This document shows positions 12,645 to 26,330 of a stretch of DNA of 64,000 nucleotides, in pieces. The translations under genes were made by a program, and so were the position numbers. Origin of the DNA: Eledone cirrhosa (lineage: Eukaryota); contig OZ024743.1 in assembly GCA_964016885.1 (NCBI GenBank), forward strand, positions 10,168,001 to 10,232,000, in the 5' to 3' direction. The notes beneath the pieces were generated by a model, which saw only the letters and a list, made by a program, of their open reading frames with translations, did no database searches and was not told the origin of the DNA. Each line of letters opens with the position of its first letter. Within the stretch, counting starts at the first letter, position 1.

Positions 12645-14920
12645 GACAGTAAGGAAGAGCAATTAGAGTCGTACAATATAGAGGAACAGTGGGAATTCCT
12701 GAAAGCAAACCTGCTGACGGCGACAGACGAAGTCTGTGGCTGGAGGAGAGTAACATGGTGGTGGAACAGTAAGGTGAAGGAGTCAATTAAGGCCAAAAAG
12801 CAGGCTTGGAAAGTATGGCGGGATGGGGGAAGTAGAGAAGACTATCAAGTGGCCAGGAGGGAAGCTAGGAGACAAGTGTACTTCGAAAGAAGGGAAGCAG
12901 AGGAAAGAAAGTTCAAGCATGTTCTACAACGCGAGGACCAAAAACGTGAGGTGTTCAGGATTGCTAGGCAATGTGTCAAGGAAAACCGTGATATTGTCGG
13001 GGAGAAGTGTGTACTTAATGATGAAGGCATACTTGCCATCACTGACGCTGATAAGAAGGTAGCTTGGAAGAGTCACTACGAAAGGCTTCTAAATGAGGAG
13101 AATAAATGGGAGAAAGACAGTCTCCACCACATCGACCCAATAGAGGGACCAGCAGTGTTAGTCGAAGGTAGTATAATAAGTAAGGCAATCAAAGATATGA
13201 AGGCGGGTAAGGCGGCTGGGCCTTCGGAAATAGTTGCTGAGATGCTGAAAGCCTCTGGAACGGTGGTCTCCCGGATAGTAAACCAAGTCATACAGAATGG
13301 GGTTGTTCCGAAGGACTGGCGTAGCAGCATCATCATTAACTGTTACAAGGGTAAGGGAGATGCCCTAGATAGGTGTAACTATAGAGGCATTAAATTAATC
13401 GACCAGGTCATGAAGGTCACGGAAAAAGTAATAGCGCAACTAATCAGAGAGCGAATTGATCTAGATGAAATGCAGTTCGGGTTTGTGTCAGGCAAAAGTA
13501 CCACAGACGCTCTTTTCATTGTACGACAACTACAGGAGAAGTACCTAGCTAAAAGTAAACCCCTATACTTAGCTTTTGTTGACTTGGAGAAAGCCTTCGA
13601 CAGAGACCCCGTTCCATTATCTGGTGGGCTCTTAGAAAACTAGGTGTTGACGAATGGCTTGTGAGAGCTATACAAGCCATGTATAAAGAAACAGTCAGCA
13701 AGGTTAGAATTAACAACGAATATAGTGAAGAGTTTAGCGTAAAAGTTGGCGTCCATCAGGGCTCTGTTCTTAGCCCCCTACTATTTATTATTGCCCTTCA
13801 GGCTATAACAGAGGAGTTCAAGACCGGCTGCCCATGGGAACTCCTATACGCAGATGATCTAACGCTCATAGCTGAATCAATGGCCGAGCTAGAGAAGAAA
13901 TTCCAAACATGGAAGCACGGCCTAGAATCAAAAGACCTTAAAATTAACCTGGCTAAGACTAAAGTTCTAGTTTGTAGGAAAGAAAATAAGGCGCCGGTCC
14001 CTTCCGGGAAATGGCCATGCTCAGTGTGTAGGAAAGGCGTAGGTAGAAACTCTATTTTATGTCCCAAATGCAAAATATGGGTGCATAAAAGATGTAGTGG
14101 AATCACAGGTAAGCTAACTAAGAACATAGATTTTACATGTGGCCGGTGCTCTGGTGCAATAAGTAGCAGCAAGTGCCCACAAAATACTAGCTCTTTCAAT
14201 TGCGCAGAGGGTTCTATAGAAATAGTGGACAGCTTCCGTTACCTGGGCGACAAAATCAGCAGTGGGGGAGGGTGCTCTGAAAGTACAGTAGCTAGAGTCA
14301 GAACTGGTTGGAAAAAGTTCAGAGAGCTTAGACCACTATTAGCCGCTAAAGGGTTCTCCCTAAGAATGAAAGGCAGATTGTATGATGCCTGCATATGAAC
14401 AGCAATGTTGCATGGCAGTGAGACCTGGGCATTGTGTGCAGAGGATATACGCAGACTAGAGAGGAACGAAGCTTGCATGCTCCGCTGGATGTGTAATAGT
14501 AACATACGTGAACGGCAAAGCATAAGCGAACTAAGGAAAAAATTAGAAATAAGAGGGATCAGATGTTGTTTACCCGAGAGAAGGCTACGTTGGTATGGTC
14601 ACGTGATGCACATGAAAGACGACAGCTGTAAAACAAAGTGCAGGGCAATAAAGATAGACGGTAGCTACAGAGTAGGCAGACCCAGAAAAACCTGGGACGA
14701 GCTGATTATTCTGACCTCACACATTTACACCTCTCCAAGACAATGTCACTGGACCGAGACCTTTGGCGGTACTCAGTAATAGAGAAGACCCGCCTTACCT
14801 AAATACAAAGTAAAACCTACTACAGCCAGTAGGCATCTCTAACAAAATACACCCCCGTCCCACCACCCCCATCCCATCCACACCGCCCCTTTCAATGTAA
14901 AGTTATGTTGGTGCCGCGCC
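12645..14920 (+). pseudogene. RTE-clade LINE, 5'-truncated; RT with internal PHD-like finger; frameshifts and stops
   Basis: ORFs 12774-13643, 13661-14398, 14405-14779: KAAGPSEI, YRGIKL, QFGF, FVDLEKAFDR, GVHQGSVLSPLLF, LLYADD, FRYLG, LHGSETW. Confidence 0.95.
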
Positions 14921-16190
14921 ATCGAGGCTTCTACTAATTTTAGCTCTAGACCTCTACTAATTTTAGCTCTAGACCTAGCTATTGACCAGTTAATTTTATT
15001 GTTCATTTTTTGTCGATTCTATTAAATGATGAATAGCTCCTGTTTATTTTAACATGTCTATTGAGCACTCTTATTCGATATGTGTATTTCCACATTTTCC
15101 CGAATATTTTTTGCGGATATAGAGGTTATCTCCCTTGCTGAATTCCATGTGCGTATTTAGCCTGGGTTATGCCTTTTCATTCGTTCGGACAAAGGCTCGT
15201 TGAGGAAGTAAATTCCCGTCCGCTGGCATCTAGAAGTCTTATATATTTTTATGTGAGCTGATAGAGGGCAGTTTAAGGATTTACAGAAACCCAAGAAGCT
15301 AGATTCACCATCTTTCTAGCGGGTCCGGGTATGCTTTTTACATTCATTTGATTTATTGATTTATTGATTTTTTATCTGAGTGTCCCGAATCTTCCAGGTC
15401 GCAATTTTTCGGTCGTACGGTTGATTATAGACTTGTTCTATGTGTGACGGTATTTTAACGATAGTTATAGCTCTGATTTATCTGAATTATTGAGCCCTCT
15501 GCCGCTCATTTCGAATTTTCTTTATCGTGAACTCGTGCGCCGATTTTTCGATACTCGATTATTCTACTATATATATATATATATATATAATCACTGTTAA
15601 ATTTTCAAAGTATACAGTTTTGCACCAGCATGGAAAAATAAAAAAGGGATGCAAAATGATGAATGATGATGATCTAATTACTGCAAAACCCAAAAGCTTC
15701 TCACAAAATCTGTTTTATTATATATATATGTGTGTATGTGGGTGTGTGAGTGTGTGTGTGTCTGTATATGTGTATGTGTGTGCATGCATTAGTGTGTGCA
15801 TATGTGTATCTGAATGCAAGTATGTGTGTGTATGTCTGTGTCTGTATGTACATGTGTACATGTGTGTTTATAAAATATATATTATATTAATACAGAAATG
15901 GTGCTGTATTTTTCCTTTCTAACAAACCTATCATTCCACTTCTTTTCAACACCTTTATCTCCATGGATTTAATTATTGGCTTTTCTCTTGTTTCCCTTCA
16001 AGTTGAACACTCCTCTTCTTTCAGCTGAATTTATTGTGTAATTTTTCAATGTCTACCATAAACCAATTTCGTTCATATCACTATGGTTTGCTTCCATGTC
16101 TTGAATTTGCTTTTGCTCTTTCATCATGTAGAAATGTCACTTTACATATTTATGTATACATCTCTCTCTCTCTCTGTATATATATATATA

Positions 16191-19100
16191 TCATCATCAT
16201 CATCACCGTTTTACGTCCGTTCTTCCATGCTAGTATGGGTTAGACGGGTTGTCCTGTTGTGAGCAGTGTCTGGTCGGCTGACCATGCTTTGCTCATACAG
16301 GAACAGATTTTGGCTTGATTTCTACAGCTGGATGCCCTTCCTAACACCAACCTCATTTACAGTGAGTGCTGGGTACTTTTTTCCGTGGCGCCTACACGTC
16401 CACTTTACAGTGTGGGATGGGTGCTTTTTTGCCGTGGTACCTCCACGACCACTTTGCAGTGGGAGGGTGTGGGGCATATTGTCTATATGATTCAGCTTCG
16501 GCTTGTACCCATGGGAGGTCGGGTACTCTGTATTACTGAGTGACGCCAGAGGTCACAGTCGTGTGTCATCGCCTTTGAGAGGTGTAATTGGGTAAGGTCG
16601 GCTTTTATCACCTCATCCCAGGTCTTCTTGGGTCTCCCTACTCCGCGGTTTCCATTGACTTCTAGTGCTCTGCACCTTTTTATGCAGCTGTCATCCTTCA
16701 TACGTATCACATGTCAACACCTCTTCTGCACACAGCATTTGATTCCTCTTATGCTCAGTCTCTCTCTCAATTCATTTATGCTTTGCCGTTCGCGTATATT
16801 ACTATTACACATCCATCGGAGCATGCAGGCTTCGTTTCTTTCTAATCTACGTAAGTCTTCCATCTTCAGCGCCCAGGTCTCACTACCATGTAACATTGCT
16901 GTTCGTATACACGCATCATACAGTCTGCCTTTCATTTTGAGGGAGAAGCCTTTTGCAGCTAGCCGTGGCAGTAGCTCCCTGAACTTCTTCCATCCCGTTC
17001 TTACCCTAGTTATTGTACTTTCTGAACACCCACCTCCGCTGCTAATTCGGTCACCTAGGTAGCAGAAGCTGTCTACTGTTTCTACAGAGCCCTCTCAGAG
17101 TTTGGTGGTACTCGTTTCCATGGCTGTTTGCTGCTTGCTGTCCCAGTACAGCTGCTACATGTGAAGCCTACATTCTTAATTAAGCTTCCTGAGATCCCGC
17201 TACATCTCTTGTGTACCCATTGTTTGCATTTGGGGCAGAGAATGGAGTTCCTACCTACACCTTTCCTACATACTGAGCAAGGCCATTTCCCTGAGGGGAT
17301 CTGGGTTCTGTTTTCTCGTCTACTTACAAGGACCTTAGTTTTTGTCATGTTGACTTTGAGACCCTTGCTTTCTACTCCCTGCTTCCAAGTTTGGAATTTC
17401 TTCTCTAGTTCTACCATAGATTCAGCTGTAAGTGCGAGGTCATCAGTATACAGGAGTTCCCATGGGCATCCGGTTTTAAACTCCTCCATTATTGCCTGCA
17501 GGACTATGATGAACAGGAGAGGGCTAAGAACAGAGCCCTGGTGGACACCAACCTGTACGCTAAATTCCTCGCTATACTCATTGCTAATCCTAACTTTACT
17601 GACTGCTCCCCTATACATGGCTTGTACAGCTTTTACAAGCCATTCATCTACTCCTAGTTTTCTAAGAGCCCACCAGATTACAGCATGTGGAACTCTGTCA
17701 AAGGATTTCTCGAGATCGACGAATGCCAGGTAGAGTGGCTTACTTTTAGCTAGGTACTTTTCCTGTAACTGCCTCACAAGGAAGAGGGCATCAGTGGTGC
17801 CTCTTCCTGGTACAAACCCAAATTGCATCTCATCTAGTTTCACCCGGTCCCTAATCAACTGTGCTATAACTCTTTCTGTTACTTTCATGACCTGGTCCAT
17901 CAGCTTTATACCTCTATAGTTTCCTCTATCTAGTGCATCGCCTTTACCTTTGTAGCAGTTGACAATGATGCTACTGCACCAATCTTTTGGTATGACACCT
18001 TCTAGTATTACCTGGTTAACAATACGTGTGGTTATAGTGTGACCTACAGACCCAGATGCCTTCAGCATCTCGGCAGCTATACCCGATGGACCGGTTGCCT
18101 TCCCCATCTTCATATCTTTGATTGCCTTACTTACTATGCTGCTGCTCACTTGTACTGCTGGCCCCTCTATAGGGTCTACTTGGGGTAGGGTTTCTTCTTC
18201 CCATGCATTCTCCTCATTTAGTAATCTATCATAATGACTCTTCCATGCATCTTTCTTCTCAGCACTTGTGAGGGCAAGCTCACCTTTATCATTCCGGATA
18301 CACTTCTCTCCAATGACATCACAATTCTCTCTGACACACTGCTTCGCAATCTTGAACACCTCCTGTTTTTGGTCCTCTCGTTGCAAAACATGCTTGAATT
18401 TTCTATCCTCTGCTTCCCTCCTAGCTAAGTATACTTGTCGCCTAGCTTCCTCTTGGTCTCTATGTAATGTACCCTGCTCTCCCCATTCTTCCATTCTTTC
18501 CATGCCTGTCTCTTGGCCTTAACTGCCTCATCTACCTTATTGTTCCACCACCAAGTCACTCTCCTCCTGCTTGTGGTCTTACTCCAGCCACATACCTCAT
18601 CCGTCGCCTCTAGTAAGTTATTTTTTAGGAACTCCCAGTGCTCTCCTACATTGAATGTCTCTATCTGTTCTTCTCTACTGTCGTAGGCGTTGAGTAAAAT
18701 ATCTCTAAATATGTTACTGGTTGAGGGGTCTTTCAGCTTCCAGATCTTTCTTCTCCAGGTTCATCTAGTTCTGACTGTGAGGTCGCTGGCAACTAAGCTA
18801 TGTTGGCAGTTACATTCCTCACTAGGGAAGGCTTTTGTGTTTACGACCGTCCATCTGTCACATCCTCTGATGATGATAAAATCTATCTGACTAGAATGCT
18901 CCCCTGATCTATAGGTGATCAGGTGGTTGTCGGGTTTTTTGAAGTTTGTGTTACATATCGACATGTCATTGGCGTCGCAGAATTCTAGAAGTCTGAATCC
19001 TTCTTCATTTCTTGTGCCAACCTCATGGCCTCCATGAACTCTATTGAAGCCGTCACAGTGTTTACCTATGTGTCCGTTAAAATCTCCTGCGATGATTAGG

Positions 19101-19477
19101 AAGTCATTGTCGTTTGTTAGAGCACTAGTGTGCATTAGGGACTCGTAAAATCTATCCTTAAGTTCGTCTGGCAACCCCGATTGGGGTGCGTAGGCTGATA
19201 TTATTGTGGTAATTGTTTTATTCAGGACTAGTCTGAGTTTAATGATTCTTGCATTTACCCTGTACACTGAGATTACTTTATCTACCCACTTGTCAGCTAG
19301 TAGTATACCTACACCACCCATCCCATCGTCATTTCCCACTCAGAAAAATTTGTAGCACTGACTTTTTCCTACAAGGACTCTAGCAGACTCTCCTCTCCAT
19401 CTAGTCTCTTGCACACAGCATACATCAATTTCTTTTCGCTCTAGCATTTCTACGATTTCTCCTGCTCTTCCTTTCAT
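16191..19477 (-). pseudogene. Near full-length RTE LINE (APE endonuclease + RT + PHD-like finger + 3' UTR), disrupted
   Basis: Minus strand begins MKGRAGEIVEML..IDVCCVQETRW; ORF 18761-19339 has AYAPQ, GDFNGHIG, QIDF; ORF 17082-18503 is RT with LLYTDD; 3' UTR ends (gat)n at ~16191. Confidence 0.95.
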
Positions 19478-19504
19478 TTATATATATATATATATATATA
19501 TGTA

Positions 19505-19918
19505 GATAAATCTACCAAAAGTTTACGTTAGTGTCCAATGCGTATGAAGAACTCAATGTAATCCGGATATCATGGAAAGAAGAAATGCATTCAAAAATCA
19601 CTTTCGGTGAAAGATAAACGGAATACAGAGTCAAGATAAAATATTAAAAAAAATAATGAATAAAACAATGAAACAGTTCCTTATATTAAACAAAAAAAGT
19701 TCATTATTTAACGATCGTTTCTAGGACATAAGACGGCATATGTATGTGTTGGTATGTATATTCTATTTGATAGTTTGTATAATTTTGTATAATTTTGTAC
19801 ATAGATCTTTTGAATATGCATGCCAATTCTAACACATATATGTCCTAGAAACGATCGTTAAATAATGAACTTTTTTTGTTTAATAAAAGGAACTGTTTCA
19901 TTGTTTTATTCATTATTT

Positions 19919-19932
<14 letters not shown>
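19505..19932 (-). repeat. Fold-back element with ~95-bp arms and the 3' half of a hammerhead (GAAAC-GATC-GTT); third arm copy at 21657-21732
   Basis: 19637-19730 is the reverse complement of 19839-19932; palindromic ACGATCGT follows GAA. Confidence 0.7.
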
Positions 19933-20418
<486 letters not shown>

Positions 20419-20458
20419 AAATAAACAAAGAAGCCTTCAATACATCAAAAATCTTTAT

Positions 20459-20503
20459 TTGCTGACAGTGTTTCGTCCCATTAACCAGGACTCATTAGAG
20501 CAA
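20459..20503 (-). ncRNA. Minimal type I hammerhead motif with G5 changed to A (probably inactive)
   Basis: Minus: ttgct-CTAATGA-gtcc-tggttaatg-ggac-GAAAC-act-GTC-agcaa, followed by aataaa. Confidence 0.7.
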
Positions 20504-21832
20504 GGAAAAAGACAAGAGGTATTAACGGCCAGAACAGGCCAAAACTCAGAAGAACATGGAATGGATATTTACGAAAATTTGGGAGAATTATCATGGAAAG
20601 ACATGCTAAACCTAATATGGTGCATTTGTAAATATAGGCTATAGGGCAATAGAGCAAGCAAGACATTAAACATTAAACAAACCCACGTTAAAAGTACAAT
20701 ATAAGTTTAATACTTGAAATACAACATAGTAATACAATGTGAGAATTATAATACAATATACAATACCATACAATAGATAATACAGAAATAAAACTTAATA
20801 TATATATATATATATATCCACACTCACTCTGACACATATATATACACATTTACACATACACATAATAACACAAATATAAATATAAATATAAGCATTATAA
20901 TCACCCTGACGGTGTGATTAAACAATACCAAAATCAATGAAAATAATATATTGACATTAAAAAAATATATAAAAATACATCCTATGTATCATTTACAGTC
21001 AACAAATTGTGTATAAAAGCATAATGTATTTCACAGGGTAAAAAAATAATAATACCATATAATATTTAAAAGTGTGGTGAAAAAAAAAATATATATATAA
21101 ATAAATATATATAATAGACAATAAATATACGGAGATATAGGCAGTTCAAATCCATATAATATTACATATCAGTATTTCAATACCGGACACATACTTATAA
21201 TTCAATTACATATAACACAATATAATATATTAATATTAATATTTCAATAGCAGACACACAATATCATGGGAAAAAGCTTAAGCCATATTTACACGGTGAG
21301 TTCAAGGACACGAGTGACAGATGAAAGGAAAGACAGACAGCATGTGGTAGTAAAGTAAAATGAAAACAAAAACAAAAGTAAACACAGACACAAATTCACG
21401 TAGGCGCATCAAACCGTGAGGTGAAACTAGAAGATACTACTAATCTAAACCAAAAAATTGAATTGAAACCCTTATTAATTTAATTAATCTTATAATAGTT
21501 GAATAAACATTACGGGTCACTTCATATGGAATAAAATTTAAGTCATCAATGCGGATATAGATCAAGATATTTCAATAAATGAGCTAATACGACGAGTGTG
21601 TTTAACTCCAATGCACTCAAGTATTCTAATCTTATATATATATATATATATATATGTAGAAACGATCGTTAAATAATGAACTTTTTTTGTTTAATATAAG
21701 GAATTGTTTATTCATTATTTGTTTAATATTTTATATATATATATATATATATATAGATATTGAAATTTCAGTTGGAAACAGAAAAGGTCATAGAAATGAA
21801 GAGTGCTCTATGTAAGTATCAGAGCAAAATTC

Positions 21833-21867
<35 letters not shown>

Positions 21868-21911
21868 TGACGAAACATAAGTCAATTGCATGAACTCATA
21901 ATCCTTTATTT

Positions 21912-21967
21912 ACTGCTATATATATATTTCGATGATAGCCATTGAGGCTATGACCTCATCAGGCAGT
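21912..21967 (-). ncRNA. Minimal type I hammerhead ribozyme, canonical core
   Basis: Minus: actgc-CTGATGA-Ggtcatagcc-tcaat-ggctatcatC-GAAA-tatatata-TA-gcagt; 5-bp helix I, 9/10-bp helix II, palindromic helix III, AUA cleavage triplet. Confidence 0.8.
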
Positions 21968-22028
21968 TAGTCAGTTCTTAGATATGCCAACTCTGTGTTT
22001 ATAGTGTTGATGGTATCAGAGCCTTGGG

Positions 22029-22122
<94 letters not shown>

Positions 22123-22201
22123 TATCCGGATGACTTCCAAAAACAATGGTTGCATTTTAATAGGGTACGTCAAAGCTTATTTGTAAAACTGTTATATATT
22201 G

Positions 22202-22266
22202 TATTTTGTCTGATGAAGGCATACCATAATTTAATTTGGTATCCCTGAAATATGTATAATGAAATA
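22202..22266 (+). ncRNA. Minimal type I hammerhead ribozyme, intact core
   Basis: tattttgt-CTGATGA-aggcatacca-taatttaatt-tggtatccct-GAAA-tatgta-TA-atgaaata; 8-bp helix I (2 GU), 9/10-bp helix II. Confidence 0.8.
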
Positions 22267-22305
22267 AATATGGTTTTATAAATATAGTTTCCATTTATTA
22301 ATATC

Positions 22306-22350
<45 letters not shown>

Positions 22351-22558
22351 CATCTATATATATATATATATATATAGATATATATATATAAATATAAATA
22401 TATAGATATATGTATATATCTATATATATATATATAAATATGAAGATATATATATATATAAATGTATTTATATAAATATGAAGATATATATATATATTTC
22501 GTTTCTGAATTTGTTTAGCAAGATTCTTATTGGCAACATGACCCTCCCAAAGCATAAC

Positions 22559-22624
22559 AGCCGTTTCGACAGCTATTTCTTGACTAAAGTGAACTTTAGT
22601 CAAGAAATAGCTGTCGAAATGGCT
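22559..22624. repeat. Near-perfect 32-bp hairpin within a TA-flanked ~240-bp element
   Basis: agccgtttcgacagctatttcttgactaaagt-ga-actttagtcaagaaatagctgtcgaaatggct. Confidence 0.9.
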
Positions 22625-22735
22625 TGAGTTCTGCCATTGTGGTCATACTTTCTCCTATTACCCACTCTACTACCCTAAGTATTGAGTACTCTGGTGCGTT
22701 ATGGTCCATTTGGTTCCTTGCCACAACTCCTTCGT

Positions 22736-22767
<32 letters not shown>

Positions 22768-22775
22768 CATATATA

Positions 22776-22815
<40 letters not shown>

Positions 22816-23399
22816 TGTGTATGCCTGCATATGTACCTATTTTACTGCTATAGTTACCAAGTCTGAAACTTAATATTTTTGTCCTTTTTTTTTTACTTAC
22901 TTCATTTATCTTCTATTGTCTTTCCTTTCCTTATTCGTCTGAGTTTTCTTACTTGCTTTCAAATCTTTATATTTCTCCACCTTTTTTTTCTTATTATTTT
23001 CTTCCTGTGTTTTTTTTTTTAGTTTTGTTGTATTTTGTTTGTATTTTTTCTTATTGTTTCCTTCCTTCCTTCTCTATTGTAATTTGTACCAGCCAAGCTT
23101 TCATTTTTATATGTATATTGCTTTCTCCTTCTTTTTTGGCAAGTCCTTAACTGCCTAATTGCATCACAGAAATATCTTTTCAATGCTTTTCAATGAGATG
23201 ATTTATAACATTTAATATTTCTCTACTGAAGAACAGTTTCATTTTTTTTCTTTCATATTTATATTTTCATTGTTGGTGTTCTTGTTTTGGCTCCATTTCT
23301 CTCTAACAATTTTCTTCTGTTGCCTTTCTTCCTTTCACTCTTCTCTTCACCCTCATGTCTCCATATCTGTCTCTCTTCTGAACTATTAGTCTCTCTGCT

Positions 23400-23518
<119 letters not shown>

Positions 23519-23684
23519 ATACATATATGTATATATATATGTTTATGTATGTATATATATATATATATATCCCTTCTCATAAATTTTCGTTTGAATCTTC
23601 CCTCTTCTTCAATTTCCCAACAACTCGCATTTCAACTCATGTCACTTTTTTTTGTCTTTACTCTAAGTTTGCTTCTTTTCTATT

Positions 23685-23765
<81 letters not shown>

Positions 23766-24639
23766 CGACCTCTTTCTCCTTTTCCCCCCTCTCTCTGATT
23801 CTCTCCAATTCTTTTCTAGTAGTTCTCCCATTTGGCCAATTTTTTTTAGCTTTTTCTCAATTACATTTTCCTCTTCTCTATTTTCTTCATCTTATTTTAT
23901 CCACTCCTAGTGTGCTTCGCAGTTTATTTATCAAACAGATTTTTTCGTTATGTTCAATATGGCCTTGCTTCTCTCCTGACTGCCTTCCATTATTCAGCAG
24001 GAGAAGACTAAGCCTCCTTTAAGGATAAAAGCAAAAGTTTCTCTTTTCAGTAATATCATATCAAGTGATATATTTCCCTGAATAAAAGCATAACTACAGT
24101 TAAAATAGCAACAACAAGAACAATATTTCTGCTGTAGTATCAACCTATAAACTCCTTCATACAGCTCCACTAAACGTTACTTAAATCAAATTGCATTTGA
24201 ATATAAAGTAAGAAAGATACAAATATCTAATATATATTTCTATTCTCTGAAAATCCATTTACCAGAATAGACAATAACTGTATATTTTTTGTTTTGATTG
24301 TCACATTTTATCAATCTAATGAAAGTGCTTCTGTACAATTATCCTAAGTTTTAAACTTCACTAAAATACATACCATATTATTTCTAAAAGTTTCTTTGAT
24401 TTCCTGAAAGGATTTTTTACTTAGGGAAGTGTAATTCATCTTAAAAAATAACCATATAGAGTGACAGGTTTTTATGTGCAGAGAACATAAAAGAATCAAA
24501 AAGGAAGTGGCATATATATATTCCTATATACTCATGTAGACATTTGGTTGAAACATACAAAAGAAAGTGGACAGCTATATGACCACTAACGAAGAATTTG
24601 CATCACCATTACCCAAAATATACATTCAGCTTGATCTTA

Positions 24640-25420
24640 ATAATTATTGAAGTAAAAGTTTCGGAAGAAAACAGAAGGGTACTTCTTTTCTAAAACACCT
24701 GCTTCTCCTTATTCTACAAACTTCAAATGAGTGGAATAGCTGTAAAAATAAACATGTGTGAATATTGATGACAGTGGAAAAGACATTAGAAAATACATAA
24801 AAACTCTGTTTGTTGCTGCAATCTTTCTCTTTTAATACTCTTCTAATTTTCTCCATTACCACCTTACCAAAAAAAAAAAAAGAAATGGCTACTCAAACAA
24901 AATATATCGACCATTAAAGACACATATGCACATACACACACACAAACACATTTTAAGCTGATGATATACTCCCTTGTTTCTTCCTGACATGTGATCTTTC
25001 AGATGATAGCTTTAATCACCTGAAGGCTTGCATGTAATGAAAAACTCTGAGTAGTAATAGAGTAAATAATCAACTGCAAACAAATCGATTGTAGTCCACT
25101 ATAATTTTCTTAAAGCATTACTTTTATGGAGCCGGAATACACACAATTCTTAATCAAGATATCCTCTGGAGTGAAGATTTGATTGAGAGAGATATCTCTG
25201 AAGCATAGACCTGTTTTGAATCTTTCTCTGTTTTATATAAACCACAAACCATTTGAAGTGTTTCTGACATGTCTCTGATATAAAGTATGGTGGTAATTAT
25301 TTTACTATCATTCGTGACTTTTATATCTCTGAATTTAGAAGCAGGATAGTTGTTAATCAGAAGGGTCTTTCTAATTCGGATAATTTCTTTTTGATGTGTC
25401 TGACGTTAGATTGCTAAGCA
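24640..25420 (-). mobile_element. Highly degenerate PLE (Penelope/Poseidon-like) linker and GIY-YIG remnant
   Basis: Minus-strand translation EIIRIRKTLLINNYP...ILYIRDMSETLQ...KNCVYS, later IRRVLKE. Confidence 0.5.
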
Positions 25421-25875
25421 TAGGTCTCAACTTTGCAGCAAACATCATGCTAGTTACAACTAAAAAAAGCCCACAAGTGAAAAGAATTTGATTTTAGAGT
25501 TTTCCTGCCTACAAGTATTTTTCTGTGCACCCAGACACAAACCTGATTCCTTTTATGCTGTTGTGCATAATATATATACATATATATAGTTTGTCAATTA
25601 GGACACATATGTGTGTATGTATGTACAAATATATATATATATGCGTGTGTGTGTGTGGGGGTGTGGGTGTGTGTGTTTAGTGTAATCCTCCAAATGGGGT
25701 ACAAATAGCATTACATATACCTAAAATATTTTTTAGCAATTTAGAAATTTTGCATGAAGCCAGAAACAGTTTTGAATGAGCAAAACACAGTCATCTGATC
25801 TGACTTGTCTTACAAGGAGCAACTCATTTAACCCATGCTAGTGGGGACAAATGAACGTTAATGTATATATATATA

Positions 25876-26075
25876 TTTTAATATAGAAGAGCTTCTACAG
25901 GACTAGAACTGTTTCATTCGTGAGAAATCATCAGGAAGCATCTGATGATTTCTCACGAATGAAACAGTTCTAGTCCTGTAGAAGCTCTTCTATATTAAAA
26001 CTTTTATACTCTGCTATGTATTGAGTACCTTACTTACTGTGGTTACCTCCGATTCAACCCGGAATAACTTAATAC
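25876..26075 (+). mobile_element. Ultra-short fold-back PLE terminal-repeat element, same family as 5143-5348
   Basis: Perfect 59-bp arms 25876-25934 / 25942-26000; tail 26001-26075 matches the reverse complement of 5143-5218. Confidence 0.85.
25891..25939 (-). ncRNA. Minimal type I hammerhead ribozyme, core boxes intact
   Basis: Minus: gcttc-CTGATGA-tttc-tcac-gaat-GAAA-cag-ttctagtc-ctg-TA-gaagc; GUA cleavage triplet; U.U at the base of helix II. Confidence 0.7.
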
Positions 26076-26218
26076 AGCCGATTATCCATACAATACAATA
26101 TAGTTAGCACCCCAAACGTTTAATTGGGAATATATTCCAGTATTTCCTAATGTTTCCTAATGTTTGTTGAGTGAGATGGAAATTGGTCGGAGTATCGCAA
26201 TAGCTTTCTCCGTTTATG

Positions 26219-26286
<68 letters not shown>

Positions 26287-26330
26287 AAGTGTTATAACGA
26301 TCAAACTTTAGTTTAAAACATTTATTTATC

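Noticed and set aside
13076-17733. Antisense ORFs overlapping the RTE copies (e.g. 13798-14199, 17128-17733)
   Set aside because: Shadow frames of the RT coding sequence with no independent motifs
24600-25030. Minus-strand host exons with acceptor-like tttttacag and ttcag
   Set aside because: Region is better explained as decayed PLE endonuclease and 3' end; no consistent reading frame
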